Made by a program: the position numbers and the translations under genes. A stretch of 64,000 bases of DNA. Source: an uncultured Alphaproteobacteria bacterium (GTDB lineage Bacteria; Pseudomonadota; Alphaproteobacteria; Micavibrionales; Micavibrionaceae). Positions 29,027-38,963 of the stretch are shown here, piece by piece (the stretch's first letter is position 1; every line of letters starts with the position of its first letter). The stretch lies in the NCBI GenBank assembly GCA_963799275.1, contig CAWCWJ010000001.1:197071-261070 (forward strand), in the 5' to 3' direction. Below the pieces are notes generated by a model. It did not search any database, was not told the origin of the DNA, and saw only the letters and a program-made list of their open reading frames with translations.

Positions 29027-29539
29027 CTAAGGTATTTTAACTTCAATAGGTGGGTGGTATAACCCACATACTTCTATCGCCTGCTCTAGCTTTACAACCT
29101 GCGATTTTGTTTCATCTTGCATCGCTAAAACAACATTATTCGTGCTTCTTGCTTGATACCTATTCATACTTGCTGTCTGATCATTAAATACATGAACAAC
29201 TCGGATACTCGCTTGCATGCTTGGTGTTTTGTGATATCCAATCCCAAAACGTAATGTTATACGCTCAATTTCTTCTTGTTTAAAATTAATTGCTATTTGT
29301 GTTTTTCTTATAATTTCGGATCTCCTTGATATGGCTGTAACGCTTTGATAAGAATTTTCTTGTCTTTCGCTAAGTGACCATTCAATTTGTGCATCTACAT
29401 CATCAACGGTAATTTTGCTAAATTCTTCAAGACAGCTTTGCATATAAGGTGAAATGCCGCCATCTCGATTTTCTTGTGCCGTTGCAATGTTAGAGGCAGT
29501 GACCAATGCTATTAACCCGCGACTTATATCTTTAAACAT
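29027..29539 (-). CDS. hypothetical exported protein
   Basis: 170-aa ORF with a signal-like N-terminus (GLIALVTASNIATAQE). Confidence 0.5.
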   Translation of the reverse strand: MFKDISRGLIALVTASNIATAQENRDGGISPYMQSCLEEFSKITVDDVDAQIEWSLSERQENSYQSVTAISRRSEIIRKTQIAINFKQEEIERITLRFGIGYHKTPSMQASIRVVHVFNDQTASMNRYQARSTNNVVLAMQDETKSQVVKLEQAIEVCGLYHPPIEVKIP

Positions 29540-29825
29540 GCTTTATACCAATGCTAACTTTTCAAGTATCTTTATCCTAAAACCAAAAACACTTATGTCA
29601 ATAAATCATTAATATAAAATTTTAAATAAATCTGGTTTAAATTTGAATTGATATCAATTGTCATAATTAATTTATCATGCTCTAATAGAACTATAACAAA
29701 CACACATATTTAAAAAAGCATTCAAACGCAAAAATGCGAGAACGCAAAAAAATAAGCCAGAGACAAAATAACTTTGCCAGTGCTTTCGCCTTTACGTTTA
29801 CGGACTTGGCGACTTACAAAAGAAA

Positions 29826-30371
29826 ATGGGTTTTACTATGGGTTACTCTCTACAATCAAATAAATTAACGCTGCGCAAACCGCGCCGTATTTTTAGAACA
29901 AAGAAAAGTTTGTTCAAAATATTTTTCAATTTAGTTATTGTTATCTCTCTTCTGGTTTCGATCCCGATGCATGTGAAACGTGCCTTTGCGATTGAAACTG
30001 TCAAAGCTTCTGCGCTCGTTCCGGAGGAAATGCGCGCTGATACTCCTCTCTCCTTTACGCAAAAATCTCCTCCCCTTGCGGCCACTAAAAATGATCCTTG
30101 CCTTCCCCTTTTGGGATCAAAAATATCCCTGGCATCTACGCCTGGCCGCGTTACTCGACATGATGTCGAAAAAACTGCCGCGCCTGCCGCTTTAGGCTTC
30201 ATTCTTGGTGTTCGAATTGCCCTTGGCCCAAAGGATGTCGTGAATAAAGGTAGCCGCGTAAAACTTGCTTCCGAAGTTCTTGCAAATAATAAAGGTGGTC
30301 ATACACATGCCCTCGCTATCGCTGCCTATAGAAGTTGTAAGAACGAATTTACTCTTAAGGAGTTACGGTAA
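29826..30371 (+). CDS. hypothetical membrane-anchored protein
   Basis: 181-aa ORF with one TM helix (IFFNLVIVISLLVSIP). The stretch is GC-richer than its surroundings, and two other frames are also open here, so the coding call is tentative. Confidence 0.4.
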   Translation: MGFTMGYSLQSNKLTLRKPRRIFRTKKSLFKIFFNLVIVISLLVSIPMHVKRAFAIETVKASALVPEEMRADTPLSFTQKSPPLAATKNDPCLPLLGSKISLASTPGRVTRHDVEKTAAPAALGFILGVRIALGPKDVVNKGSRVKLASEVLANNKGGHTHALAIAAYRSCKNEFTLKELR

Positions 30372-30620
30372 CAAACAAGCCATTGATGCTCCTCTCGTCG
30401 ATGGTGATAAAATAAGGCAAGTCGGTTACGTATAACCAATTTTAAATATACGTTCCTTGAACGCTCTCGCTTAAGAAATTAGGCGGGAGCGTTTAGGCAT
30501 GTAAGACTTCGCCATGCGCGTAAACGCGAGGGCGAGGGCTTTCCTCCATAGAAGAAAATTTTAATTACTGCGTAAATCGCCTACGCTGCATCTGTTTATA
30601 TTTTAGGATTTTGATTTACA

Positions 30621-30724
30621 AAGCCGTAGCGGGTTTACCCGCCTGAGGTAATAAATAAGGCCGTAGCGAGTTTACCCGCCTAAGTTAATAAATAAGGCCG
30701 TAGCGCGTTTACGCGCCTAAAGGC
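30621..30724. repeat. three tandem 36-37 bp REP-like hairpin units
   Basis: Units begin at 30621, 30657 and 30694 (aag(g)ccgtagcgNgtttacNcgcctNaNgt(t)aataaat). Each has a gcgggt/acccgc-type stem. They lie between two convergent genes. Confidence 0.85.
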
Positions 30725-30745
30725 AAAAGTTCTAAAGTCCAGAAA

Positions 30746-32329
30746 TTAAAACGGTAACCACATAATATTTTTGCCTAATAACAACACAGCTAATAATGCA
30801 CAAATTATAAAAATCCCGATACTAATGCCATAGGTTGGGATAAGATCAATTTTAATTTTCTTCTTTTTTTGCCCGCCTTTTATACGCTCAATAATGCGCT
30901 CAATCGGCCTACGGCTGATTTTTAAAGTAACAATGGCGGCAAGTGCGCTCCCCAATACCAAACAAATCACATCAATAACGATAGCCATAATCGGGTTTGC
31001 AATATTTGCCAAGATCATAGTGCGCAAAGGACCCATGAAATAAAGCCCAAATAAAACAGCATTTATACCTGCCCCAACACCATAGGCCATCCATCGGGCG
31101 GAGCGTGAGGCATTCATTACCGCTTTGCGGCTATTCATAATGCTTTGTTTATAAAAATCTTTATCCGCCCCAAGAGGATATTTTTTGGCAAGCGCAGCAT
31201 AAGCTTTTTTAGGTTTCATTTGTGTTGATAAATACACAGAATCTGCATAAAAGCGTGTTTTTATCATTTTATTCAACAAATCTTGCGATTGTGCTGCATT
31301 TTGAGTGGCAGTTTTAAGCATTTGAGCTGGTTTATTCAGTAAATCACTTAAAAAATTGGGCAAACGTATCAATTTTGCTTTAAATCCAAGGATTTGAGCC
31401 TTATAATGCGTATCTTTAATTTTAAACTCGAAATTTCCAAATGGGAACGCCACCTTATATTCCACAGCTAGGCCCCCATCATCTCGCTTTATCGCATCGG
31501 ATTGTATATGCAAATGTTGACGCATAGAAAGGCGCGGCCCCGTTTTATCAATTGCCAAGGCCGCCGCAGGGGGCAGTTCGGTTTTATCGTAAATAAATCC
31601 TGTTTTAATGCGTACAGCCAAATTTATAATATGGGTCATAAAGGCGGCCCCTTGGCATTGACGGCATGTTGTGGTTCCAGAGCCGCGACATTTACGGCAA
31701 CTAATATATCCTGTCCGTTGGCATGTGGGGCAACTGGTTTGACGATGGCCAAAACAACGATTACATTGCTTTTGCTTTCCATCGGGGCCTTGCATCATGC
31801 CACTGCCATTGCAATAATCACAAGGTACCATTCCTTTGGTACGGCAATGATTGCACGGCTCTTTACGTTGTCCACGACATTGCTCACAAACCGTATTGCC
31901 CACCCCCTGGCAGGTATGGCACGGCTCATGCGTGCAAAAACTTCGCTTTAATTGCTCAACATCAATCACTTCACCTTGCAAGCCAAAACCACGATCGGGA
32001 CGTTTTAAGATTTTATCAGCTAAAAATTTACGACTTTCGGGGTTTTTGATGGCGCTACTGGCCATGTTTTGTAACACCTTATCAACTGAATTTGGATTTT
32101 CGATATACTCGCCAATTTGATGGCGACCTTTTCGGGTGGTGCGTTCAATACTGGGTTCTAAATCAATATGGGTATGGGCAATAAATTTATACATATTGCC
32201 GCTGGCTTTTACGATTTTAACCTCATCACTTTTACAACCATTGCCTTTACAAACCGCGCGAATACGCTTAATCGCAGTCTTTGGCAATTGTTTCATATCA
32301 TCGGCAGTAAAGTTATTGGGGTCAATCAT
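30746..32329 (-). CDS. membrane-anchored protein with eight DnaJ-type CxxC zinc-finger motifs
   Basis: Residues 132-225 contain CHTCQGVG, CEQC, CNHC, CDYCNGSG, CNRC, CPTC, CRKCRGSG and CRQC. Three predicted TM helices at the C-terminus. Confidence 0.7.
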   Translation of the reverse strand: MIDPNNFTADDMKQLPKTAIKRIRAVCKGNGCKSDEVKIVKASGNMYKFIAHTHIDLEPSIERTTRKGRHQIGEYIENPNSVDKVLQNMASSAIKNPESRKFLADKILKRPDRGFGLQGEVIDVEQLKRSFCTHEPCHTCQGVGNTVCEQCRGQRKEPCNHCRTKGMVPCDYCNGSGMMQGPDGKQKQCNRCFGHRQTSCPTCQRTGYISCRKCRGSGTTTCRQCQGAAFMTHIINLAVRIKTGFIYDKTELPPAAALAIDKTGPRLSMRQHLHIQSDAIKRDDGGLAVEYKVAFPFGNFEFKIKDTHYKAQILGFKAKLIRLPNFLSDLLNKPAQMLKTATQNAAQSQDLLNKMIKTRFYADSVYLSTQMKPKKAYAALAKKYPLGADKDFYKQSIMNSRKAVMNASRSARWMAYGVGAGINAVLFGLYFMGPLRTMILANIANPIMAIVIDVICLVLGSALAAIVTLKISRRPIERIIERIKGGQKKKKIKIDLIPTYGISIGIFIICALLAVLLLGKNIMWLPF

Positions 32330-32420
32330 ATATGGTCATTACCAAATTTATTTATATTTTATTCTTTTTCATATTTTATGCGCATTGACGCATATTATAA
32401 ACCATTATAAGTTTCACGCC

Positions 32421-33926
32421 ATGACTGATACAAATAATAATGTTGTAATAACGCCTACTATCTATGCTTTATCCAGTGCATCGGGGAAGGCGGGCGTATC
32501 GGTTATTCGCGTATCAGGGCCAAAATCTTGGGATACCCTAAAGATTTTTAATAAAAAAGTAAAATACCCTGAACCACGCCATTCTTTTGTTATGACTTTA
32601 AAGAACCCCTATACGGGTGATGATATCGACAATGCGATGGTTATTGGTTTTAAATCCTCGCAAAGCTTTACGGGCGAAGATGTGATTGAATATCATTGCC
32701 ACGGCTCACAAGCTGTTTTGAGTGAGGTTTTTGATATTTTATCAAAAATCGAAGGTTTTCGTATGGCCGAACATGGTGAATATACCCGTCGCGCTTTTGA
32801 AAATGGCAAAATGGATTTGACCGAAGCCGAAGCCATTGCCGATCTTATTGATGCTGAAACCAAGGCGCAAAAGGATCAGGCACTTGCACAAATGGGTGGG
32901 GCTTTGGCAAATTTATATAATGGTTGGGCAAAAGATTTAACAAAAATTTTGGCTTATATTGAGGCTGTGATTGATTTTCCCGATGAGGAGGTTCCCGATG
33001 ACGAGATTGAGAAGGTGCTTCCCCAATTAAAAACGCTTGAACGTCAAATAAATGCCCATCTCAACGATAATCGTCAGGGGGAGCGTTTGAGAAATGGTGT
33101 TAAAATCGCCATCATTGGTGCGCCTAATGCTGGTAAATCAACTTTAATGAATAAATTAGCACAACGCGATGTGGCTATTGTATCTGATATGGCGGGTACA
33201 ACCCGCGATATAATTGAGGTTCATTTAAATATTGCTGGATATCCTGTAATTATTGCCGATACGGCAGGTCTTCGTCCCGAACTTATTGGTACCGATGGTC
33301 ACGATGCCATTGAAGGCGAGGGTATGCGTCGTGCTTTAAATTATGCCAAAACCGCAGATATCAAATTATTGTTATTTGATGGTGAAAATACTCAATTGCA
33401 TCAAAATACACTTGATTTAGCATATGTACATAATCAAACTCAAAATCCTAAAGATCATTGCTCACCAATAGGTATAGGCAATATTGATAAGATTAAAACT
33501 GGTCAAAATAATGCTAATTCGCTCTCAGACGCTTCAAAATTAAAAATTGCGGATAATGTGATACTTGCGGTAAATAAAAGCGATTTAAACAGTAATTTTA
33601 ATAAAACGCAATTTAAGACAATGCAAGTCATTGATATATCAGCAAAAAATGATGTTGGTATAGATATATTATTGAAAAAAATAGCCGAACTTTTAAAAAA
33701 TCAGATTTTTGTTTCACGTGAAACAGTTTTTTTAACACGCAATCGACATCGTGAAAATATTGTCTCAATGCATCAGAATATTATAACAGCTTTTGATATT
33801 ACCGAACCCGAACTCCTTGCCCAAGAATTACGTTTTGCTTTATATTCGATTGGCAGAATTACAGGCAAAATTGATGTTGAAGATTTATTAGATGTAATAT
33901 TCAAAGATTTTTGTATCGGTAAATAA
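32421..33926 (+). CDS. mnmE: tRNA modification GTPase MnmE
   Basis: IYALSSASGKAGVSVIRVSG, G-domain GAPNAGKSTL / DTAG / NKSD, and the C-terminal FCIGK motif. Start set at 32421 because the tracked ORF from 32136 runs antisense through the neighbouring gene. Confidence 0.92.
   Translation: MTDTNNNVVITPTIYALSSASGKAGVSVIRVSGPKSWDTLKIFNKKVKYPEPRHSFVMTLKNPYTGDDIDNAMVIGFKSSQSFTGEDVIEYHCHGSQAVLSEVFDILSKIEGFRMAEHGEYTRRAFENGKMDLTEAEAIADLIDAETKAQKDQALAQMGGALANLYNGWAKDLTKILAYIEAVIDFPDEEVPDDEIEKVLPQLKTLERQINAHLNDNRQGERLRNGVKIAIIGAPNAGKSTLMNKLAQRDVAIVSDMAGTTRDIIEVHLNIAGYPVIIADTAGLRPELIGTDGHDAIEGEGMRRALNYAKTADIKLLLFDGENTQLHQNTLDLAYVHNQTQNPKDHCSPIGIGNIDKIKTGQNNANSLSDASKLKIADNVILAVNKSDLNSNFNKTQFKTMQVIDISAKNDVGIDILLKKIAELLKNQIFVSRETVFLTRNRHRENIVSMHQNIITAFDITEPELLAQELRFALYSIGRITGKIDVEDLLDVIFKDFCIGK
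33710..33725. promoter_or_regulatory. parS: parS centromere site (perfect consensus)
   Basis: Exact 16-bp palindrome TGTTTCACGTGAAACA inside mnmE. Confidence 0.85.
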
Positions 33927-33987
33927 ACAAACATTTATACACAGATAAATCGTGCATTTTCATTAGTTTTCATATATAAAATGGCAA

Positions 33988-35865
33988 ATGGATAACTCTA
34001 ATATTGATTACGATGTTTTGGTAATTGGTGGTGGCCACGCTGGATGCGAGGCTGCGGCTGCTTCTGCGCGGATGGGCGCAAATACAGCTCTTATCACTCA
34101 TAATCTAGATACTATTGGTGTTATGTCGTGCAATCCAGCGATTGGCGGGTTGGGGAAAGGTCATTTGGTTCGTGAAATTGATGCACTTGATGGTATTATG
34201 GGGCGAATTACTGATGTATCAGGTATTCAATTCCGTATGTTGAACGCATCAAAAGGCCCAGCTGTGCGAGGTCCTAGAACCCAAACGGATAGAAAACTTT
34301 ATCGTGATGCGATGCAAAAAGAACTATCGAATACGCAAAATCTACATTTAATAGCAGGCGAAGTTGATGATTTAATTGTTCAAGACAATAAAATTAAAGG
34401 CATTATATTAGCAGATAATTCTAAGATATTTGCATCTGCTGTTATTTTAACAACGGGTACATTTCTAGGGGGATTAATTCATCGTGGTAATGATATCATT
34501 CCTGCGGGCCGTGTTGGTGAAAAACCTGCAAATAATCTTGCAAAAACTCTTAAGGAATATGGGTTTCCACTTGCGCGTTTAAAAACAGGGACGCCCGCTA
34601 GGTTGGATTCAAAATCAATTAATTGGGATGTTTTGGAAACTCAAAAACCAGATCAAAACCCAATCCCATTTTCTTATATGTCAAAAGAAATAACAACGCC
34701 TCAAATTGTTTGCCATATAACATATACCAACCTTGAAACACATAAAGTGATTCAAGATAATTTACATCAAGCACCCATGTATTCGGGTCAAATTGATGGG
34801 ACAGGGCCTCGTTATTGTCCTTCAATTGAAGATAAAATAGTTCGTTTTGCGGATAAAGAGCGACATCAAATCTTTTTGGAGCCTGAAGGGTTAGATGATG
34901 ATACAGTTTATCCCAATGGCATTTCAAACGCGCTGCCTGTTGATGTTCAAGAAAAATTTCTAAAAACAATTAAAGGTTTGGAGAATGTAATTGTTAAAGA
35001 ATGGGCATACGCAATTGAATATGATTTTTGCGACCCACGTGATCTCAAAAATACACTAGAAAGTAAACGGATAGAAAACTTTTACCTTGCTGGTCAAATT
35101 AATGGAACAACTGGTTATGAAGAGGCCGCGGCACAAGGTTTAATGGCAGGTATTAATGCCGCATTATACGCAAAACATGATTGTAGAAATGAAAAACCTA
35201 CTTTTAAATTGGGACGTGCAGATGCCTATATCGGTGTTTTAATTGATGATCTTATTTCACGTGGAACATTAGAACCTTATAGAATGTTCACCAGCCGTGC
35301 TGAATATCGTCTCCTTTTACGTTCAGACAATGCAGATCAGCGGTTAACGGAAAAAGGAATTGAAATTGGTTGTGTATCAAAAATTCGTGCAGAATTTTGG
35401 GCACGGAAAAAAGAACTTTTAAATAATGCGGAAACACAGTTAAAAAACTTAAAAATTACACCTAACGCTATTAAAGAATATAATATTCAATTAAATCGTG
35501 ATGGACGTTTACGCACAGCATATGAATTGCTCAATCAAGCAAATATAACTCTTAATGTTTTGTATAAAATATGGCCTGAAATAAAGGATATTCCAATCTA
35601 TATTTTAGAACAAATAAAAACAGATTCTTTATATTCTGGTTATACAAAACGCCAAGCTGCTGAAATTGAGAGTTTGCGTAAAGATGAGAATTTATTATTA
35701 CCTAAGGCAATTAACTTTTCACAAATTGGTGGATTATCAAATGAGGTGGTTCAAAAGTTAGAATTGGTTCAACCTGAAACATTAGGGGCAGCATCACGCA
35801 TACCAGGAGTTACACCCGCTGCAGTTATTGCATTAATGCGTTTTGTAAAAAAGCGTGCAGCCTAA
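33988..35865 (+). CDS. mnmG: tRNA uridine 5-carboxymethylaminomethyl modification enzyme MnmG
   Basis: FAD motif [12 protein letters not shown]; full-length GidA. Confidence 0.95.
   Translation: MDNSNIDYDVLVIGGGHAGCEAAAASARMGANTALITHNLDTIGVMSCNPAIGGLGKGHLVREIDALDGIMGRITDVSGIQFRMLNASKGPAVRGPRTQTDRKLYRDAMQKELSNTQNLHLIAGEVDDLIVQDNKIKGIILADNSKIFASAVILTTGTFLGGLIHRGNDIIPAGRVGEKPANNLAKTLKEYGFPLARLKTGTPARLDSKSINWDVLETQKPDQNPIPFSYMSKEITTPQIVCHITYTNLETHKVIQDNLHQAPMYSGQIDGTGPRYCPSIEDKIVRFADKERHQIFLEPEGLDDDTVYPNGISNALPVDVQEKFLKTIKGLENVIVKEWAYAIEYDFCDPRDLKNTLESKRIENFYLAGQINGTTGYEEAAAQGLMAGINAALYAKHDCRNEKPTFKLGRADAYIGVLIDDLISRGTLEPYRMFTSRAEYRLLLRSDNADQRLTEKGIEIGCVSKIRAEFWARKKELLNNAETQLKNLKITPNAIKEYNIQLNRDGRLRTAYELLNQANITLNVLYKIWPEIKDIPIYILEQIKTDSLYSGYTKRQAAEIESLRKDENLLLPKAINFSQIGGLSNEVVQKLELVQPETLGAASRIPGVTPAAVIALMRFVKKRAA
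35253..35268. promoter_or_regulatory. parS-like site (14/16 match)
   Basis: TATTTCACGTGGAACA. It differs from the perfect sites at positions 2 and 13, and is one mismatch from the reverse complement of the B. subtilis-type TGTTCCACGTGAAACA. Confidence 0.5.
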
Positions 35866-35878
35866 TTTTAAAGAGAAG

Positions 35879-35894
35879 TGTTTCACGTGAAACA
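35879..35894. promoter_or_regulatory. parS: parS centromere site (perfect consensus)
   Basis: Exact TGTTTCACGTGAAACA overlapping the GTG start of rsmG (it encodes FHVKQ). Confidence 0.85.
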
Positions 35895-36156
35895 AAATTT
35901 GCAAATATATCAAGATTTACTTTTAAAATGGCAAAAACAAATAAACCTTATTAGTAATAATACAGTAAAAAATAGCTGGGAAAGACATTTCGAAGATTCT
36001 TTGCAGATTTTAGATATTATACCCAGCGGGGCAAATAATCTTATTGATTTGGGTTCTGGGGCAGGATTTCCTGGTTTGGTTATTGCAATTCAAAAACTAG
36101 ATTTAAATGTGGTTTTAATTGAATCAGATCAAAAAAAATGCGCTATTTCTTAAAAC

Positions 36157-36172
36157 TGTTTCACGTGAAACA
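36157..36172. promoter_or_regulatory. parS: parS centromere site (perfect consensus)
   Basis: Exact TGTTTCACGTGAAACA inside rsmG (it encodes VSRET). Confidence 0.85.
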
Positions 36173-36541
36173 AATATGGATGTAACAATTATTAACGATA
36201 GAATAGAAGATATTAATTTAGATATAGCGCCCGATGTCATTACTGCGCGCGCATTGGCACCATTGGATAAATTATTTCAATATTGTCAAAACTGGATAGA
36301 AATGAACACAAATCTATGTTTAATATTTCCAAAAGGTCAAAATTATAAATCCGAATTAGATAAATGTTCTAAAAATTGGTATTTTGATAAAGAAACTCAT
36401 AGCAGCAAAATTGATAATAATAGCGTTATTATAGTTTTTAAGAATATTAGTAAAAAGTAGTTTAGGTATAAAATTACATAAAAACTTGAGATTTTATTTA
36501 ATTTGTTTAAATTAAAGTTATATAATATGGATTAGAAAAAT

Positions 36542-37384
36542 ATGGCAATTTACAAAAATAATAAAAACCGTATTCCACGCATTTTATCCGTTGCAAACCA
36601 AAAAGGGGGCGTGGGTAAAACGACCACGTCTGTTAATTTAGCGACAGCATTAAGTGCCATTGGTAAAAAAGTATTGCTTGTAGATTTAGATGCACAAGGT
36701 AATGCCAGTACGGGATTGGGAATATCACGTGCCAGTTTAAAAACAAGTACATATGACATAATATTTGACGATGTTCGTGTTGAAGATGCGGTTAAAAAAA
36801 CCCGTGTTCCTGGCTTAGATGTATTGCCATCATCGGTTCATTTATCGGGTGCAGAAATTGAATTGGTAGGCGCATCACGCCGCGAATATAGATTGCAAGA
36901 AGCATTCCGCACCAACTTGGATTATGACTATATTATTATTGATTGTCCACCATCTTTAAGTTTACTCACTTTAAATGCATTGGTAGCATCGGATTCTATT
37001 GTTGTTCCTTTGCAGTGTGAATTTTATGCCCTTGAAGGATTAAGCCATTTGGTAAAAACAATCGAACGCGTTCAAAAAACATTTAATCCGCGGCTTGATA
37101 TTCATGGGGTTGTTTTAACGATGTTTGATAAACGGAATAAATTATCCGAAATGGTTGCCCAAGATGTGCGTAAATATTTTGGAGATACGGTTTATAAAAC
37201 AGTTATTCCAAGAAATGTTCGCCTGTCTGAAGCACCATCATACGGCCTGCCTGCGATTGTATATGATATGAAATGTAGCGGGGCCCGCGCTTATATTAAA
37301 TTGGCGAAAGAAGTCATTGCGCGTGAAAAGAAAATTATTGGCAATGACCAACAAAATATCGTATCATCAGAGACAGCGGCATAA
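36542..37384 (+). CDS. parA: chromosome partitioning ATPase ParA
   Basis: Deviant Walker A VANQKGGVGKTTT; full-length Soj/ParA. Confidence 0.93.
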   Translation: MAIYKNNKNRIPRILSVANQKGGVGKTTTSVNLATALSAIGKKVLLVDLDAQGNASTGLGISRASLKTSTYDIIFDDVRVEDAVKKTRVPGLDVLPSSVHLSGAEIELVGASRREYRLQEAFRTNLDYDYIIIDCPPSLSLLTLNALVASDSIVVPLQCEFYALEGLSHLVKTIERVQKTFNPRLDIHGVVLTMFDKRNKLSEMVAQDVRKYFGDTVYKTVIPRNVRLSEAPSYGLPAIVYDMKCSGARAYIKLAKEVIAREKKIIGNDQQNIVSSETAA

Positions 37385-37406
37385 TTATTTATTTTAAAGG
37401 TATAAA

Positions 37407-38411
37407 ATGGAAAACCAGTCAACAAAAAATATAAAAAAGAAACAACCCAAAGATCGGGGTTTGGGACGTGGATTGGATGCATTATTTGGTGATGAAGAAA
37501 TCTCGTTCAATGATGATAAAAATAATCAGTCATCTTTGACTAAAAATAGTGATATCGAAAAAGAAAGTAATTCCAACGCACGCAAAACAGTTGGTATTGA
37601 ACAAGTCTTTCCGTGTTCCGATCAACCGCGTCGTACTTTTGATGAAGATGCGTTAAATGAATTGGCGCAGTCAATCAAACAATATGGTTTGTTGCAGCCT
37701 ATTGTTGTGCGCCCCTCCCCTTCCAAAAATGACATGTATGAAATTGTTGCGGGAGAACGCAGATGGCGTGCATGCCAAATTGCACGGCTTCATGAAATTT
37801 TGGTTATTGTTCGTGAGATGGACGATCAGGAAATGTTTCAAATCGCCTTGGTTGAAAATTTGCAACGTAAAGATTTAAACCCCATTGAAGAAGCCTTAGG
37901 GTATCAAAAATTAATGGATGATTATAATTTTAAACCCGAAAAGGTTGCAAAGGTTGTAGGAAAAAGCCGTAGTAATGTTGTGAATATGACCCGTCTTTTG
38001 GCCTTGCCAAAATCAGTTCAGGCCATGGTTGAAATGGGTGATTTAACAATGGGTCATGCGCGTGCATTATTGGGCGTTAAAAATTGTGAACAAGTGGCTT
38101 TAAAAGTTATCGAACAAAAAATGTCAGTACGCGATACGGAAAAATTTATTACCGATTTTCGAACGCATAAAAAAGGAGACGGTAAAAATTTTAAATTGCT
38201 ACAAAAAGAATTACGTAAGCAAGGCTATAGCAATAAAGATGCCGATACTTTGGCATTGGAAGATGAAGTTTCACAACAATTGGGTATGAATGTTTCGATT
38301 GATATGAAAGATAGAAATAAAGGATCAATGAAAATTGATTTTACAACGTTGGATCAACTTGACGAGATTTTACAAAGACTGGCACAAACGCCAAAGCGCC
38401 CACAATTTTAA
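37407..38411 (+). CDS. parB: chromosome partitioning protein ParB
   Basis: GLGRGLDALF, ParB box VAGERRWRA, HTH region. Confidence 0.93.
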   Translation: MENQSTKNIKKKQPKDRGLGRGLDALFGDEEISFNDDKNNQSSLTKNSDIEKESNSNARKTVGIEQVFPCSDQPRRTFDEDALNELAQSIKQYGLLQPIVVRPSPSKNDMYEIVAGERRWRACQIARLHEILVIVREMDDQEMFQIALVENLQRKDLNPIEEALGYQKLMDDYNFKPEKVAKVVGKSRSNVVNMTRLLALPKSVQAMVEMGDLTMGHARALLGVKNCEQVALKVIEQKMSVRDTEKFITDFRTHKKGDGKNFKLLQKELRKQGYSNKDADTLALEDEVSQQLGMNVSIDMKDRNKGSMKIDFTTLDQLDEILQRLAQTPKRPQF

Positions 38412-38823
38412 AAATTTTTGATTTTAAAACTTCACTTATTACAATTATATTTAATATAAGTAAAAACGTATCTAATACCGCCATAATAATAGCGCCATGA
38501 GATAGGGCATAAAATATCCAGCATAACAGTGATAGCGAATATAATTTATAGATAGATTTTTTATTCATGCATGTTTCTGCAAAACAATTAATAACAAAAG
38601 CTAGCATGGGCAAATAATCAATTTGAGTTTTTGCAAAAATCATCGTTCTTATCAAGGCAAATATTAGAGCAGCCCCTAACCGAATAAATACAGCGTTCTT
38701 TGTCATATTAAATGGTGAATATATTTGTAATATGGTATTCAATATCTGAACTAAGCATATGATGCCGCCCGTTGGGGAAACATATAATAATGCATATAGA
38801 CCAAATAATAGTGAGCTATACAT
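38341..38823 (-). CDS. hypothetical multi-pass membrane protein
   Basis: 160-aa hydrophobic ORF. Its 3' end overlaps the 3' end of parB by 71 nt, which lowers confidence. Confidence 0.35.
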   Translation of the reverse strand: MYSSLLFGLYALLYVSPTGGIICLVQILNTILQIYSPFNMTKNAVFIRLGAALIFALIRTMIFAKTQIDYLPMLAFVINCFAETCMNKKSIYKLYSLSLLCWIFYALSHGAIIMAVLDTFLLILNIIVISEVLKSKIFKIVGALAFVPVFVKSRQVDPTL

Positions 38824-38963
38824 TGAATATAAAAGTGTAGTTTTTCGACATGGGCGCAGATAAAGAATAATGTTTGATAAAAACCAAGCGCATAATAAGA
38901 ATAATCACAGCATATAGTCATATTACATGTGAAGTATTTAAGAAAAATTAAGATCTTGAAAGT

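Larger units (their letters stand above)
35878..36460 (+). pseudogene. rsmG: 16S rRNA (guanine527-N7)-methyltransferase RsmG, split by a frameshift
   Basis: The N-terminal half (35878-36153, SAM motif DLGSGAGFPG) and the C-terminal half (36119-36460) lie in adjacent frames. The 583-nt span is 3n+1. An A8 run at 36131-36138 precedes the premature TAA at 36151. Confidence 0.85.

Noticed and set aside
29646-29659. Perfect 14-bp palindrome AATTGATATCAATT in the gap between 29539 and 29826
   Set aside because: AT-rich palindromes of this length can arise by chance in AT-rich spacers. There is no second copy and no adjacent regulator to link it to.
32136-32420. N-terminal 95-codon extension of the mnmE ORF in the track
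   Set aside because: It runs antisense through the 5' end of the zinc-finger gene and has no MnmE similarity. The conserved MnmE N-terminus starts at the ATG at 32421.
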